A DNA stretch of 41,990 bases from a virus. Shown one piece after another: positions 23,653 through 32,073 of the stretch. The DNA lies in the IMG/VR virus record IMGVR_UViG_3300033144_005310, positions 1 through 41,990 of that record; one strand, given 5' to 3'. Made by a program: the position numbers and the translations under genes. The notes below the pieces were generated by a model that did no database searches, was not told the origin of the DNA, and saw only the letters and a list, made by a program, of their open reading frames with translations. The stretch's first letter is position 1. The number at the start of each line of letters is the position of its first letter.

Positions 23653-23814
23653 TTATCTCATTACCTCCCTTGCATGTTCCATACAAACCTTTTGAAATAT
23701 TGCACAAGGTTCATTAACTCCAATTCCAATCTCTACATCTGCTTCTTTTTTACAAAACTGACATTTTCCTGTTGTGTGCCAAAATTTAGTTTCACTCATT
23801 TTTGTTTTTTCCAT
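23653..23814 (-). CDS. First early micro-ORF (53 aa, Cys/His-containing)
   Basis: SD GGGAGG. CQFC ... C ... C..H. A TTTATATA box lies about 60 nt upstream. Confidence 0.5.
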   Translation of the reverse strand: MEKTKMSETKFWHTTGKCQFCKKEADVEIGIGVNEPCAIFQKVCMEHAREVMR

Positions 23815-23904
23815 TTTTAGTTTTCCTCCCTTATATGTTATTAAACATATATAATTCTATTAAGATATACTTATATATAAAGGTTGCTATTTTGAATAGA
23901 ATTG

Positions 23905-23921
23905 TGCTTAAAACTTTTAAT
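23905..23921 (-). promoter_or_regulatory. 17-nt motif TGCTTAAAACTTTTAAT (second copy)
   Basis: Identical to 12476-12492. Confidence 0.6.
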
Positions 23922-23923
23922 AA

Positions 23924-23944
23924 TTGCTTAAATAGTTTAAGCAA
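23924..23944 (-). promoter_or_regulatory. Perfect palindrome TTGCTTAAA-TAG-TTTAAGCAA (operator or hairpin)
   Basis: 9-bp perfect arms sharing the GCTTAAA core with the 17-mer. Lies between the late-operon end and the early-operon start. Confidence 0.6.
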
Positions 23945-23971
23945 ATCAGAGAAAAAGACCTATTTTCAGCT

Positions 23972-24001
23972 AAAAAAAACAAAATAAAACAGACAAAAAA
24001 A
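23972..24001 (-). terminator. Oligo-T tracts (T7 and T8) ending the late operon
   Basis: Coding strand TGCTTTTTTTGTCTGTTTTATTTTGTTTTTTTT, 30 nt after the holin-like stop. No hairpin seen. Confidence 0.5.
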
Positions 24002-24030
24002 GCATTGGGGGATTACTTAAATTGCCTGTT

Positions 24031-24231
24031 TTACTTGCCAGATAAATATTTCCGACAAACATTAATCAATACTCCAGACATTGCTACAACCAATGCCGTA
24101 TATTGTCCCCAATCTATCGCTGGGATTATTTCTGATGCATAAACTACTAAAGCTGAAGCCATAGCAATTCCTGCTCCTTTTATAATCTTTTTTCCATCCT
24201 TTTTGTCTAATTTATATTGTTTACTTGCCAT
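24031..24231 (-). CDS. Holin-like protein (two transmembrane helices)
   Basis: 66 aa. Lys-rich N-terminus, two hydrophobic helices, basic C-terminus. Last gene of the late operon. Confidence 0.55.
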   Translation of the reverse strand: MASKQYKLDKKDGKKIIKGAGIAMASALVVYASEIIPAIDWGQYTALVVAMSGVLINVCRKYLSGK

Positions 24232-24241
24232 ATTACACCTC

Positions 24242-24499
24242 CTATGTGTTTATTTGAACTTGAATATTTGTTATAGTAAAATTTGTGCCAGTTGCTTTCC
24301 ACCTTATCCATTTTCCATTAGCTGTAAAAGTATGTTTAACTCCACTTGTAACTTCTTCATAAGTATAAACTCCATCAATATTTGGACTTAAACCTAATTC
24401 AAAAGTAAGTGAAGTTCCTGCTCCTGTAATTGTGGCTGTTGCTGTATCTATTTCAACATCATTTCCCCAAAAAGGTTTACTAATCATATCTTGTGTCAT
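24242..24499 (-). CDS. Hypothetical small beta-rich protein
   Basis: 85-aa ORF. Confidence 0.6.
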   Translation of the reverse strand: MTQDMISKPFWGNDVEIDTATATITGAGTSLTFELGLSPNIDGVYTYEEVTSGVKHTFTANGKWIRWKATGTNFTITNIQVQINT

Positions 24500-24501
24500 T
24501 C

Positions 24502-24789
24502 TTATCTGTATTTATCATATTGTTCTTTTAAATAAACTTTATATTGCTCTTTAAGTGCTTTATACTCTTCATCTATTCTTTTTTTAATATAAGGAACTAC
24601 TTTTTTAAGGTATTGTTTATTGTGTTCTTTCCTGCATTCATCTCCCCATTGTTGAAATATCTCTCTTGCATAATCTGAACCATATATTTCTTTTATATAA
24701 TCCCATTTGAAAAGATACTTATCATTAAGACAAGTTTTCTTTTTAGTAGGTGTGATTATCTTCTCTATTTTATCTGATATATCTGCCAT
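24502..24789 (-). CDS. Hypothetical protein
   Basis: 95-aa ORF, K/Y/E-rich. Confidence 0.6.
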   Translation of the reverse strand: MADISDKIEKIITPTKKKTCLNDKYLFKWDYIKEIYGSDYAREIFQQWGDECRKEHNKQYLKKVVPYIKKRIDEEYKALKEQYKVYLKEQYDKYR

Positions 24790-24790
24790 T

Positions 24791-25039
24791 TTACATAATA
24801 ATAACTGCTAAATTTGTTACTAAAGCTATTATAACAACCCCAACAAACCATTGAAGATATTTAATAGAAGTTCTATTAACAGATATTTTTCCTGCTCCTT
24901 TTCTTAATATTTCCTTTACTTCATTAATATCTCTTTTATTTTCTTGGTGTCCTTCTTTGATATAGTGAATATCATTTTGAATAACTGCCAGAGTTGGTAT
25001 TACTTCATCTCTAAATATCTTTTTTTCTTTTCCATTCAT
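24791..25039 (-). CDS. C-terminally membrane-anchored small protein (lysis-associated?)
   Basis: 82 aa. C-terminal transmembrane segment WFVGVVIIALVTNLAVIIM. Confidence 0.55.
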   Translation of the reverse strand: MNGKEKKIFRDEVIPTLAVIQNDIHYIKEGHQENKRDINEVKEILRKGAGKISVNRTSIKYLQWFVGVVIIALVTNLAVIIM

Positions 25040-25142
25040 TTGTATTTCCTCTTTATTTTTCTCCCCATTGTGTCTATTTCACGATATTCATCATTAAAAC
25101 TATCATAAATAAAATCTATTATTTTAAACCAGATTTTTTTGA

Positions 25143-25625
25143 TTAAATTAATATTAACCACCCACGATAACTCTTTGGAACTTCATAGATTAAATCATTT
25201 TGAGGTTCTATGATAGCAACTTTAATGTCTCCTTTAGAATCTGCAACTAAAGCTATATTGAGTGCGTGAGCAAAAGGTGCTTTAATCCAAAGAATACCTG
25301 CACAAATATCACTTCTCCATTTCTTTAAATGATAATAAAGTGCTACAGAAAAATCATCACAATCAAAGTCCTCTGAATATTTATTTAAATTAGTTTTATC
25401 TTGTTTAAGAAAAGTTTTAAGAGAATCCAAAGAAGGCACAGAATATAAAGGGTCTGCCAAATATATATCTGTATTTCTTAAAGCATGATTTAATACTTCT
25501 CTTACAGTGTTAATATCCAAACTTGCTATAATTTCAGGCTCTACAATAGACTTTTCCTTGTTAAGCTTATCTACGATATTAAAAGTATCTGCAAATAGCT
25601 TTAAAATTGATTTAAATAGATTCAT
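25143..25625 (-). CDS. Papain/transglutaminase-like cysteine peptidase candidate (possible lysin)
   Basis: 160 aa. FDCDDFSVAL ... FAHALN ... IIEPQ are spaced like a Cys-His-Glu/Asp triad. Confidence 0.5.
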   Translation of the reverse strand: MNLFKSILKLFADTFNIVDKLNKEKSIVEPEIIASLDINTVREVLNHALRNTDIYLADPLYSVPSLDSLKTFLKQDKTNLNKYSEDFDCDDFSVALYYHLKKWRSDICAGILWIKAPFAHALNIALVADSKGDIKVAIIEPQNDLIYEVPKSYRGWLILI

Positions 25626-26638
25626 TTATATCCCCAGATTTCTATTGTAAAATGGTCTGTATTAGAACCAAGACTAAATTGAACCGATGTACTTGGTGAG
25701 GCATTAGTATCTTCCATATTTCCACCAGTCATTATAGTAGTTCCATCTATAAATGGACTACTGGCATTAGAATCACGATTAAATATAACTTGCATACCAT
25801 AATTTGACCCATCATAAGGAAACCAAATCTCTCCATCTAATTGTCCTAAATCTCCAGTTGCAGTAATTAAAGAGAGATGTATTCTACTTATATTATTTTC
25901 TCCAGCCCATCTTGCTAAAGGCAAGGAATCTGGGTCTACATCAACCATATCTAAAGTTACTGCACCATAGCTATAATCATTAGTAGCTCCTACATTCCAA
26001 TTTTGAGTAAGTCCAAAACTCTTACTATCTGGGTCTCTTGCAGTTATTCTCATTCTAAAATGATTATAAGTATTTGGATAAGCAGTTGGAAACCAACATC
26101 TACATCCACCAGGCAACATAGCACCCGCATCTGTAAAAGTAAAAGCAGTCATATCCATAGAAAATATTTTATCCATTACTGGACTCCATAAAGTTCTCAT
26201 ATCTCCAACATCATTAGTGCTTGTTGTATTATCATTTATATCCCTAAAAACATATCCTAAAATTGTATGGTCTGCTGGAACTGATGGAATAACTGGTGCT
26301 GTTGCACTTGGTGTTCCTGTTGTTTCAGTAATTGTTCCAGCATCATTTATTGTTATTAAATCATATCTATAATTAGTTGCTCCTTCTGCCGCACTTAATG
26401 CAAATGTAGCATTTCCTGCTGAATATCTTGCTTTCCCATCACTACCTACATAATATCCTGCTGCAACATTTATAGTCTGAGCACCAGTTCCAGTCATAGT
26501 TAATCCTTCTAATACTGTTTTTCTGGCAGCAGAAGAATAATTAGTACTTAATTTTGTATTTAAAGTATCACTCAAATCTGCTGAATAAAGAATATCCCCA
26601 TCAACCCATTCTGTTCCCACTAAATCTTTTATTGCCAT
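25622..26638 (-). CDS. Tail fibre / receptor-binding protein candidate
   Basis: 338 aa in the distal tail module, beta-rich and Thr/Gly/Asn-rich. Confidence 0.6.
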   Translation of the reverse strand: MAIKDLVGTEWVDGDILYSADLSDTLNTKLSTNYSSAARKTVLEGLTMTGTGAQTINVAAGYYVGSDGKARYSAGNATFALSAAEGATNYRYDLITINDAGTITETTGTPSATAPVIPSVPADHTILGYVFRDINDNTTSTNDVGDMRTLWSPVMDKIFSMDMTAFTFTDAGAMLPGGCRCWFPTAYPNTYNHFRMRITARDPDSKSFGLTQNWNVGATNDYSYGAVTLDMVDVDPDSLPLARWAGENNISRIHLSLITATGDLGQLDGEIWFPYDGSNYGMQVIFNRDSNASSPFIDGTTIMTGGNMEDTNASPSTSVQFSLGSNTDHFTIEIWGYK

Positions 26639-26866
26639 TTAAATATCCTCCGAAGCAACTATTGTCTTTGACACATCGCCTTTTATTATAAATCTGATTA
26701 CATCTCCTCCCGAAATAATCCATTGTCTTTGTTTAATAATGGAAATTAATCTTTCTAAGTGTTCTTCACAATTATCAAGTTTTGTAATAATATCTAAAGC
26801 TTGTTTTGATATTGTTATATTTGATTCTTTTTTCAACCTTTCAATTATTTTTTCTTTATTTATCAT
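26639..26866 (-). CDS. Small hypothetical protein (fibre chaperone?)
   Basis: 75-aa ORF between two fibre-like genes. Confidence 0.5.
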   Translation of the reverse strand: MINKEKIIERLKKESNITISKQALDIITKLDNCEEHLERLISIIKQRQWIISGGDVIRFIIKGDVSKTIVASEDI

Positions 26867-26877
26867 TTTATTCTCAT

Positions 26878-27855
26878 TTAACTTATCTGAAATGTATGTG
26901 ATATTCCATTACCACCATTACCACCATTACCGCCATCAGACAAACTTCCATTAGTTCCAGCAGTACCATTACTTCCTTCTCCAGAGGCTCCGCCACCGCC
27001 TCCGCCACTATAATCGGTTGAACCTCCAGTACCTCCAGTACCTCCAGTACCTCCAGCAACAGTAAGAGTTCCAGCAGTATATGTTCCTGTATAAGTAAGA
27101 ATTATTACTCCTCCTGCTCCAGCACCACCAGCACCACCACAACCATCACTTTTAGATTCTCCATCAGAACCATCATTTCCACTAACATCAATTTCTCCAC
27201 CAGTCATATCAAGGTTTCCTTCACAAATTATTATAATAGAACCTCCGCCTGCTCCACCATCTCCCCCATCTCCAGAAGTTCCTGAACTATGATAACCTGA
27301 ACCTCCACCAGCACCAGAAGCTCCAGGCACTATGTTAAACATGTGTGTTAAATCATCAGGCTCTTCGGCAGTTCCATCAACCTTTGTATACGTTCCAGCT
27401 ATACCCCCAGTTCCATGAGACCCATCATTTCCTGCAATTCCCTTAACTCCAGCCCCATCAAAGTAGGTATTCCAATCATCATCAGGAGAATAATCATTCC
27501 CATCTGTTCCATTGTCTGAACCCCCATAAGGTGCATCTCCACCAGCACCTCCTGCATATCCTTTGCCTTTTAAATCAATTTTTCCTGCAATTGTGCAATT
27601 CCCATGAACAATTAAAATTAATGGAGCTGATGAACAATCTGCTGTTAAAGTTGCCCCAGATGCCAAATTAAAAGAAGAAAAATGATGTTTTTTTCCTGCT
27701 TCCAATGTTACAGAATTTGCTGCTTGGCTGTATGCCATCTGATGAATTTCCTCTATGCTATTTCCTGTTTTAGAAAGTGATTCAGTTAAATCAAAATTTG
27801 TATTAACCTCATCTGCATCAGCAGTTGTTCCATTTGTAAAAGTATATGTTACCAT
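26878..27855 (-). CDS. Glycine-rich fibre-like protein
   Basis: 325 aa with long GGxGG/GTGG runs, e.g. GGTGGTGGTGGSTDYSGGGGGGASGEGSNGTAGTNG. Confidence 0.7.
   Translation of the reverse strand: MVTYTFTNGTTADADEVNTNFDLTESLSKTGNSIEEIHQMAYSQAANSVTLEAGKKHHFSSFNLASGATLTADCSSAPLILIVHGNCTIAGKIDLKGKGYAGGAGGDAPYGGSDNGTDGNDYSPDDDWNTYFDGAGVKGIAGNDGSHGTGGIAGTYTKVDGTAEEPDDLTHMFNIVPGASGAGGGSGYHSSGTSGDGGDGGAGGGSIIIICEGNLDMTGGEIDVSGNDGSDGESKSDGCGGAGGAGAGGVIILTYTGTYTAGTLTVAGGTGGTGGTGGSTDYSGGGGGGASGEGSNGTAGTNGSLSDGGNGGNGGNGISHTFQIS
27022..27057 (-). repeat. 9-bp tandem repeat (acctccagt x3 plus one variant) encoding GTG repeats
   Basis: Plus strand 27022-27048 has three perfect copies. The fourth copy differs by 1 nt. 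Confidence 0.85.
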
Positions 27856-27867
27856 TTTTTATTCCTC

Positions 27868-28755
27868 CTATTCTAATATCGTTCGAGTTATGAATATCAA
27901 CTCATCATCTGAACTTTTTGAAACTGCAGTAAAAATATCTCTGCTTTCCATTAAAGGCGTTCCATCTTCATTAAATATTCCTATTTCTGTTACTGCATAT
28001 CCATTTGCTTCTAATGTGCTTAATCTTGTTCTTATTGTTGCTTCAAGAGCTGTATAATCTAAAGTAGGATAACTTGTTTCAAAACTTTTAATATAATCTC
28101 CTGAACTAATTAATTTAATATCATCCATAGCAAAATCTCCTGCACTCCAAACTGTTGCAGAAGCATCTGCAGTAAGTCCGACATAAGTATAATCTGAACT
28201 TGCTATTACTGGACTCCCTGTTGTGCTATCTGCATTTGCACTCGTAAGTCCATCAATCAATGTCCATGCTCCTGAATTTAAATCTGCTTTATCTTTTTTC
28301 CATTCATAATAATTTGAACTATCGCTTCCGAATCTAATTACAAGACAATCAGTAGTTGCTAATTTTGCATAAGCAGTTGCATCTTTAATATAAATCCAAA
28401 GGCTTAATTCTTTAGAAGTAAAATCTCTACTTGTTGTTGTTTTATAAGTATAAGCAGTTGCACTTGCTCCTGCATCTTTTGTAAGATTAAGACTTGATGT
28501 GCCTTCTTTAAAAGTATCAGTATTCAAAGCAGTTGTCATATCAGCAGAATCTGTCCAGTTAGCAGTATCACAACTATCTACACTTTCTGTTCCAGATATA
28601 GGTATTGCGTGTTCTAAATCAGTATCAGTAACAACGGGCGTTGTTGTTCCAACTCCTATTTTAAATTTAGTAACTTCTGCTCTTGTAGGTGCTGCATTAT
28701 ACGTTCTATCCAACATAATCTTTCTTCCTTCGTTTGTTACAACTCCTCCTGCCAT
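27868..28755 (-). CDS. Tail-collar-fibre-like protein with a large inserted domain
   Basis: N-terminus GRKIMLDR...FKIGVGTTTPVVTDTDLE and C-terminus YAVTEIGIFNEDGTPLM resemble the phage tail-collar fibre N-domain. About 180 aa are inserted between them. Confidence 0.55.
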   Translation of the reverse strand: MAGGVVTNEGRKIMLDRTYNAAPTRAEVTKFKIGVGTTTPVVTDTDLEHAIPISGTESVDSCDTANWTDSADMTTALNTDTFKEGTSSLNLTKDAGASATAYTYKTTTSRDFTSKELSLWIYIKDATAYAKLATTDCLVIRFGSDSSNYYEWKKDKADLNSGAWTLIDGLTSANADSTTGSPVIASSDYTYVGLTADASATVWSAGDFAMDDIKLISSGDYIKSFETSYPTLDYTALEATIRTRLSTLEANGYAVTEIGIFNEDGTPLMESRDIFTAVSKSSDDELIFITRTILE

Positions 28756-28764
28756 TTTACCTCC

Positions 28765-30432
28765 TTATGTTAATACTAATTGTTTATTTGCTGTGTCCCA
28801 ATTTCCTGTTCCACTATCTTTAAAATCTTCATCAATAAATTTTTCAATATATTTTTCATCTTTCCAAAGTATTCTTAATGTAAGTTCTGGATTTCCTGTA
28901 TCTCCCCAAGTTGCTGTTCCCCAAATACCCATTATTGAATGTCCCCAAATCATACCAACAAGATAAGGGTCGCCTAACATACTTGTTCCCAATATACCTT
29001 TAGTTACACTTCCTAATATAAAACCATCGCCCAATCCTGACTTAATTAAAACTTGTGAGTATCTTCTTTTGAAATAAGTAGTATTTTCAAACTTTTTAAT
29101 TTGAATTATTAAATCTGTATTCTTTTGGCTTTCTTCTTCTAATCTTCTTATTCTTTCTAAAGTAAATTTTCCCCATTCTGATATTTTCCACTCTCTATCT
29201 CCTAATTGTAATTCATCTCCACTATGAGGGTATCTTTTCTTTATTTGATTTATAACTAACTCTATACTCTCATTATTTAAAATATCAATAATCTCCACCT
29301 TTTGTCCAGCTTCATAATCAACTAAAAGAATAGGTTTAATCATTGTTTGTGTAAATGGTTCTGAATATTTATTTAACCAAGCATTTCCTCTTTGCTCTGC
29401 ATCTGATACTGTTTGAATATCACTAAAAAACTTCTCTGCTTTTTTAATTCCATATTTATCTTGACTTACATCATCTTCAACTTGAATTGGAACGGGAATT
29501 GCATTTGTATAAACCACTTTAACATTATCTGTATCAGTTGCTGGTGTCCAATTTGTTGTGCATTCTATTGTTTTTAATTCCTTATCTATTGTATAATCAT
29601 AATCCCCACTTGTAGAATTTTCTACTCCTGGTGTTTTAAGTGTCCAAGTTCCAGCAACATCTTCCCATACTTGAACTGTTATGGGTTTTTTTGCTAATGT
29701 AAATATTTGTTCTGCACTATTATCTCCACTAAAATATACTTCATCTTGAACTTCCTGAACTGCACCTTTTACTATTAATTGATTTACTGTTTGGGTATTA
29801 TCTCTTATCCATTTAGGCAAATTACTTACATTATTACTTACTCCACCTACATAAAGAGTAGTTCCACTTGTTGTATATCCTTTTGGTTCAAAATGAACTT
29901 TTCCATCATCTGCATCATAATAAACTTGATAATCATAAATCTCTGCTAAAACAATTAATCTACTAAAAACATCTGTTCCATTACAAATAAATTTCTTTAA
30001 AGTTAATGTCGTCCCTGTATCAACTACTTCTGCTGTCATTCCACCATAAGTTTCAATTAAATCCTCTGCTATATCACTTCCTTTTGCTTCTGTAGAAGGA
30101 AAACTAACACCATCATAAGTATAAGTTACACTTGCATTAATTAAATCAACCATTTTATCTTTTCCATAAATAGTTATGTTTGGTCCTTGTTTGTCTATTC
30201 TATCAATATAACCATCAAAAACAAATTGGTCTGTTGCTGTTGTAAATCCTCTTTTAATAGAAATAGACATTCCACTTCTTAAATCTGCAATATCAGTAAA
30301 TACGCTATTTGTGCAAGTTATAAAACATTCTTTTACTTCATCCTCTACTCCTTCAGTTATTATCCAACCAGTTAATCTTGTAGCTATATCTGTGCTATTC
30401 AATTTAACTTCTGTCTTCATAGTTTGTGCCAT
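28765..30432 (-). CDS. Tail tip / baseplate hub-like protein
   Basis: 555-aa ORF, second gene after the tape measure. Confidence 0.6.
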   Translation of the reverse strand: MAQTMKTEVKLNSTDIATRLTGWIITEGVEDEVKECFITCTNSVFTDIADLRSGMSISIKRGFTTATDQFVFDGYIDRIDKQGPNITIYGKDKMVDLINASVTYTYDGVSFPSTEAKGSDIAEDLIETYGGMTAEVVDTGTTLTLKKFICNGTDVFSRLIVLAEIYDYQVYYDADDGKVHFEPKGYTTSGTTLYVGGVSNNVSNLPKWIRDNTQTVNQLIVKGAVQEVQDEVYFSGDNSAEQIFTLAKKPITVQVWEDVAGTWTLKTPGVENSTSGDYDYTIDKELKTIECTTNWTPATDTDNVKVVYTNAIPVPIQVEDDVSQDKYGIKKAEKFFSDIQTVSDAEQRGNAWLNKYSEPFTQTMIKPILLVDYEAGQKVEIIDILNNESIELVINQIKKRYPHSGDELQLGDREWKISEWGKFTLERIRRLEEESQKNTDLIIQIKKFENTTYFKRRYSQVLIKSGLGDGFILGSVTKGILGTSMLGDPYLVGMIWGHSIMGIWGTATWGDTGNPELTLRILWKDEKYIEKFIDEDFKDSGTGNWDTANKQLVLT

Positions 30433-30803
30433 TATTCTACTTCTGTTCCTTGTATTAATTTAATATCATAAGTGCAATGAAATCCTGGTAAGTCCCATGT
30501 TGTATTTACACTTGATACCATGACATTTATAGTTCCAGTTTGGTCACTTGAAAATGCTATAACACTTTGGTCACCATCTACAATTCCTTCTAAAGCATCA
30601 ACTTTTGCTTTTGTTGCTGCTATTGTGCTTTCTCCAAAATCCCCACTTATACCAATTACTTTTAAAACACCCAACATATCAAATAATTCTGTTTCATTAC
30701 TATCCTTTGTTGGCATTGGTAATGATACTATATTTCCAGCTTTCTCTACTCTGATACCACTTACACCTGTAATTGTTATTCCACCTAATATTATACTTGC
30801 CAT
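30432..30803 (-). CDS. Distal tail protein candidate
   Basis: 123-aa ORF directly after the tape measure. Confidence 0.5.
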   Translation of the reverse strand: MASIILGGITITGVSGIRVEKAGNIVSLPMPTKDSNETELFDMLGVLKVIGISGDFGESTIAATKAKVDALEGIVDGDQSVIAFSSDQTGTINVMVSSVNTTWDLPGFHCTYDIKLIQGTEVE

Positions 30804-30804
30804 T

Positions 30805-32073
30805 TTATATTCCTATACTTTCTGTAGTTCTACCAGAAAGCCCTCTTTTCATTACTTCATCTACTGCTCTTGCTATTTTATCTAAAACATTTCTATCAAA
30901 TGAACTTGCATCTAAAGCATTTACACTTATATTAATTGTTGTGCTTCCACCAGCTAATGATTGTGGATTTTTAGTAGCAATTAAATAATCTTTAGGGTCT
31001 GTTGTAATTATATCCCCTTTTGGTGTTATTATTGCATCTCTTACTGATTTTCTTCCTCCTGAAAATGAACTTGAAATTTTACTAACTGCACTACTTGCTT
31101 TATCTTTTAATGATTTTCCAAAACTTTTTATACTATCCCATTTCTTTTTTATCATATCAATAGCTGAAGTAAACCAGCCAGGTATTGTTTTTGTAAAAAA
31201 TATCTTAACTGCTTCAAAAGCTGTTTCTATTTTAGTTGGAATTGAAACAATAAACTCTTTTAGTTTTTCCCAAGCTTCAATCACAGCTTCTGGTAGTGTA
31301 ACTACTATAAATTTCTTAATTGCTTCCCAAACATCATTAAATAATTCTAAAATAGTTTCAAAGGCATATCCTGCTGCGAAAGGTAATGTTTCTAAAAAGA
31401 ATGTAGCTATCATATCCCAAGCAACTTGTGTTATTTCTGGTAAAGTTTCAGTAAAAAATATTATAAGTCCTTGCCATAATTCCACCCAATCAATAGATTT
31501 AAAAAATGAATAAATAGATTTTGACCATTCTTCAATCATTGCACCAAAGTTTATACCAAGTAAAACACCTAATCCTGCAAGAAAAACTCCTGCAATAACA
31601 CCAAGTGCAGTTCCCACTGGTCCAGCTATACTTCCAGCAATGGCACTCGCTGCAATAGTTCCACCAATTATACCTACTGCTCCTCCAACTGCTCCTCCAA
31701 CTTTTCCACCTGTTGTTTTTAATTTTGTAACAGACATTTTATAAAATGGAATTGCATATTTTAACAACAATAAAGCAAGTGGTCTAAAAATAACACTTAA
31801 TAAATCTCCTATTGGTCTTAAAATTAACATCATAGATTTAGAAAATATAGAAAGAGTTTGTTGTAATTTGGGACTTGCTTTCATTAAAGAACCCATGCTC
31901 TTTTTTATTATAGCTAATGCTCCTGCACCTATTATAACTCCTGCTGCGATTTTACTAATATCTTTGGATGTTCCACCTGTGCTTGATGTTACTCTCTTTC
32001 CAGCACTACCCATAGGTCCAGCTATTCCTGATGTATCAAATACAATCCTTGCTTTAATTGTGTCTTCTGGCAT
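30805..32073 (-). CDS. Tape measure protein
   Basis: 422 aa downstream of the G/GT chaperone. Central Gly/Ala-rich hydrophobic segments and helical flanks. Confidence 0.75.
   Translation of the reverse strand: MPEDTIKARIVFDTSGIAGPMGSAGKRVTSSTGGTSKDISKIAAGVIIGAGALAIIKKSMGSLMKASPKLQQTLSIFSKSMMLILRPIGDLLSVIFRPLALLLLKYAIPFYKMSVTKLKTTGGKVGGAVGGAVGIIGGTIAASAIAGSIAGPVGTALGVIAGVFLAGLGVLLGINFGAMIEEWSKSIYSFFKSIDWVELWQGLIIFFTETLPEITQVAWDMIATFFLETLPFAAGYAFETILELFNDVWEAIKKFIVVTLPEAVIEAWEKLKEFIVSIPTKIETAFEAVKIFFTKTIPGWFTSAIDMIKKKWDSIKSFGKSLKDKASSAVSKISSSFSGGRKSVRDAIITPKGDIITTDPKDYLIATKNPQSLAGGSTTINISVNALDASSFDRNVLDKIARAVDEVMKRGLSGRTTESIGI

Noticed and set aside
25046-25150. Possible 42-aa GTG-initiated ORF between 25143..25625 and 24791..25039.
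   Set aside because: It has no SD and a non-ATG start inside the upstream gene, so support is too weak to list as a feature.
26739-26954. His-rich HHYHHYHHY peptide in a plus-strand ORF; it looked like a possible metal-binding peptide.
   Set aside because: It is the antisense reading of the GGNGGNGGNG codons at the 3' end of the glycine-rich fibre gene.
27875-27895. tRNA T-arm-like string (tcgttcgagtt).
   Set aside because: It lies inside the 3' end of ORF 27868..28755, and no acceptor or anticodon stems could be drawn. I noticed no tRNA elsewhere.
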